Notes under the pieces: model-generated | What the model saw: the letters and a program-made list of their open reading frames with translations, nothing else | Databases searched by the model: none | Told to the model about the DNA's origin: nothing | Part shown: positions 62,586-64,000 of the stretch, in pieces | Layout of the letters: each line of letters begins with the position of its first letter | Numbering within the stretch: position 1 is the first letter of the stretch | Program-made: the position numbers and the translations under genes | Source of the DNA: the human T2T-CHM13v2.0 reference genome, Homo sapiens | Assembly: GCF_009914755.1 (NCBI RefSeq) | Contig: NC_060928.1 | DNA: 64,000 bases | Reading direction: 5' to 3' (one strand)

Positions 62586-63367
62586 TTGTGTTAATCACTA
62601 TATTATCACTTGTACTCAGCTTAAGAGAGGAGGAGAAGGCACCCTTAGGTAAGGCAGTGAAGGGACAAGAAGACTGGTGGAGCCGGAAGTGCAGGGTGCT
62701 CTAGATTGGAGGTGTTAGCCCTGCTTGAGAATGGGGCCACAGCAGGGCCATGGAAGTTGTCTGTACCTCAGTACTTCACAGTTCGCTGTGCCAGGCCCAC
62801 AGAGGTATGGATCTTGCACGCAGGAGGATCAAAGAGCTACGAAGGACCCTGCCTTTCTACGGAGAAAGAAACAGGGCTCTAGCAGAGCCTGGGGTGGGAG
62901 AGAGGGCACCCCACAGATTCCTATTTACATTATAATTTTGCATCACAGATTTTCAAAGGCTTGGTCCAGGTTGCTCTTCCTGGGAAGGTTTTCCTCTCAG
63001 TCTGACATGAAAACATTTAGTTTCCTGGTGAGGCCTGGCCTTGCAGTCCTAGGCTAGCGCCTGAGACAAGCACTGGGACTCAGAATAGACTCGCCATTGG
63101 CAGCCAGGAACGCCTGAGGGAGACAACCTGCCCTTCTGTTGGGCCATCCCACCACTGCCTGGCACAGCGAACTGTGAAGTACTGAGGTACAGACAACTTC
63201 CATGGCCCTGCTGTGGCCCCATTCTCAAGCAGGGCTAACACCTCCAATCTAGAGCACCCTGCACTTCCGGCTCCACCAGTCTTCTTGTCCCTTCACTGCC
63301 TTACCTAAGGGTGCCTTCTCCTCCTCTCTTAAGCTGAGTACAAGTGATAATATAGTGATTAACACAA
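62586..63367. repeat. Perfect 211-bp inverted repeat with a 360-bp spacer, in the LEF1 last intron
   Basis: 62586-62796 is the exact reverse complement of 63157-63367 on base-by-base comparison. Confidence 0.97.
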
Positions 63368-64000
63368 ACATGGGTGCCCAGAGATAGCCATTTACCTAAA
63401 GGATAGTATGTCACTTGCCAAGAAAGAGTCTATATCTCCTAATAAAGTCATTTCTTTCCACAGTCTCACATTTTCCCACCTGTTATTTCCTTATTCCATG
63501 GGGTCACCTTGCAAATTCTCCTGGAAAGTTGGCTTCAGAGAACCTCTGTACAGTTGCTTACCAAAAAGCAACTAATCCCTTTCAGGGACTAGTGCTTAAA
63601 AAAAAAAAAGAGCAAAGAAATTCCTTCACTATGAAATGAGGCAGTTTGTCCCTGGTGGCTCTTTTAAAATACAGGGATGTCAGGGGAGACCAAGTCTTAC
63701 TTCCAAGTGGGAGAAACGGGGGCCTTGTAGTGTTGCTTTACAGATATAAAACAGGTCCAGTCCAGATTATTTTCAAGAAACCACAGGCATGAGGCTCCAG
63801 GGGCTGGAGCTTTCCCACATCTAAGGCTTCACTGGGGGGCTGCGGCTGAAGCTGGGCCAGGCCAGGCGAGCCCCGGCACAGCCCAACCCACCAGTGAAGT
63901 CTGCGCAATCAAAGCCAGCAATTACTGCTCTCCGGCTGCGGCTGGGCTTCAAAGGGAGTGAGGCAAGGCCCATCTTACATATGTTCAGACTTGGGCTCCC

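Overview
Primate (almost certainly human, chr4q25) genomic DNA, identified from recognised protein sequence. The + strand carries the complete HADH gene (short-chain L-3-hydroxyacyl-CoA dehydrogenase, SCHAD). It has a CpG-island promoter and 8 canonical coding exons (2267-46694; 945 nt, 314 aa, all GT-AG), plus a 51-nt cassette exon, an alternative first coding exon in intron 1, an in-frame upstream ATG and a latent 141-nt pseudoexon in intron 5. The - strand carries the terminal exon/3'UTR and part of the last intron of LEF1, convergent with HADH. The rest is transposon-derived: about 19 Alus, a 5'-truncated L1PA with a 15-bp TSD, two inverted LTR10-type solo LTRs, a MER57-like ERV remnant, and MaLR/DNA-transposon fossils. 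Repeat subfamily names are from memory and boundaries are approximate unless a TSD is given. Most entries in the ORF track are Alu, L1 or chance ORFs. I cannot support a new multi-gene system. The structures the annotation does not explain are a perfect 211-bp inverted repeat in the LEF1 last intron (62586-63367) and a 37-bp-stem, pre-miRNA-sized hairpin in HADH intron 3 (28183-28263) sitting at a local duplication breakpoint.
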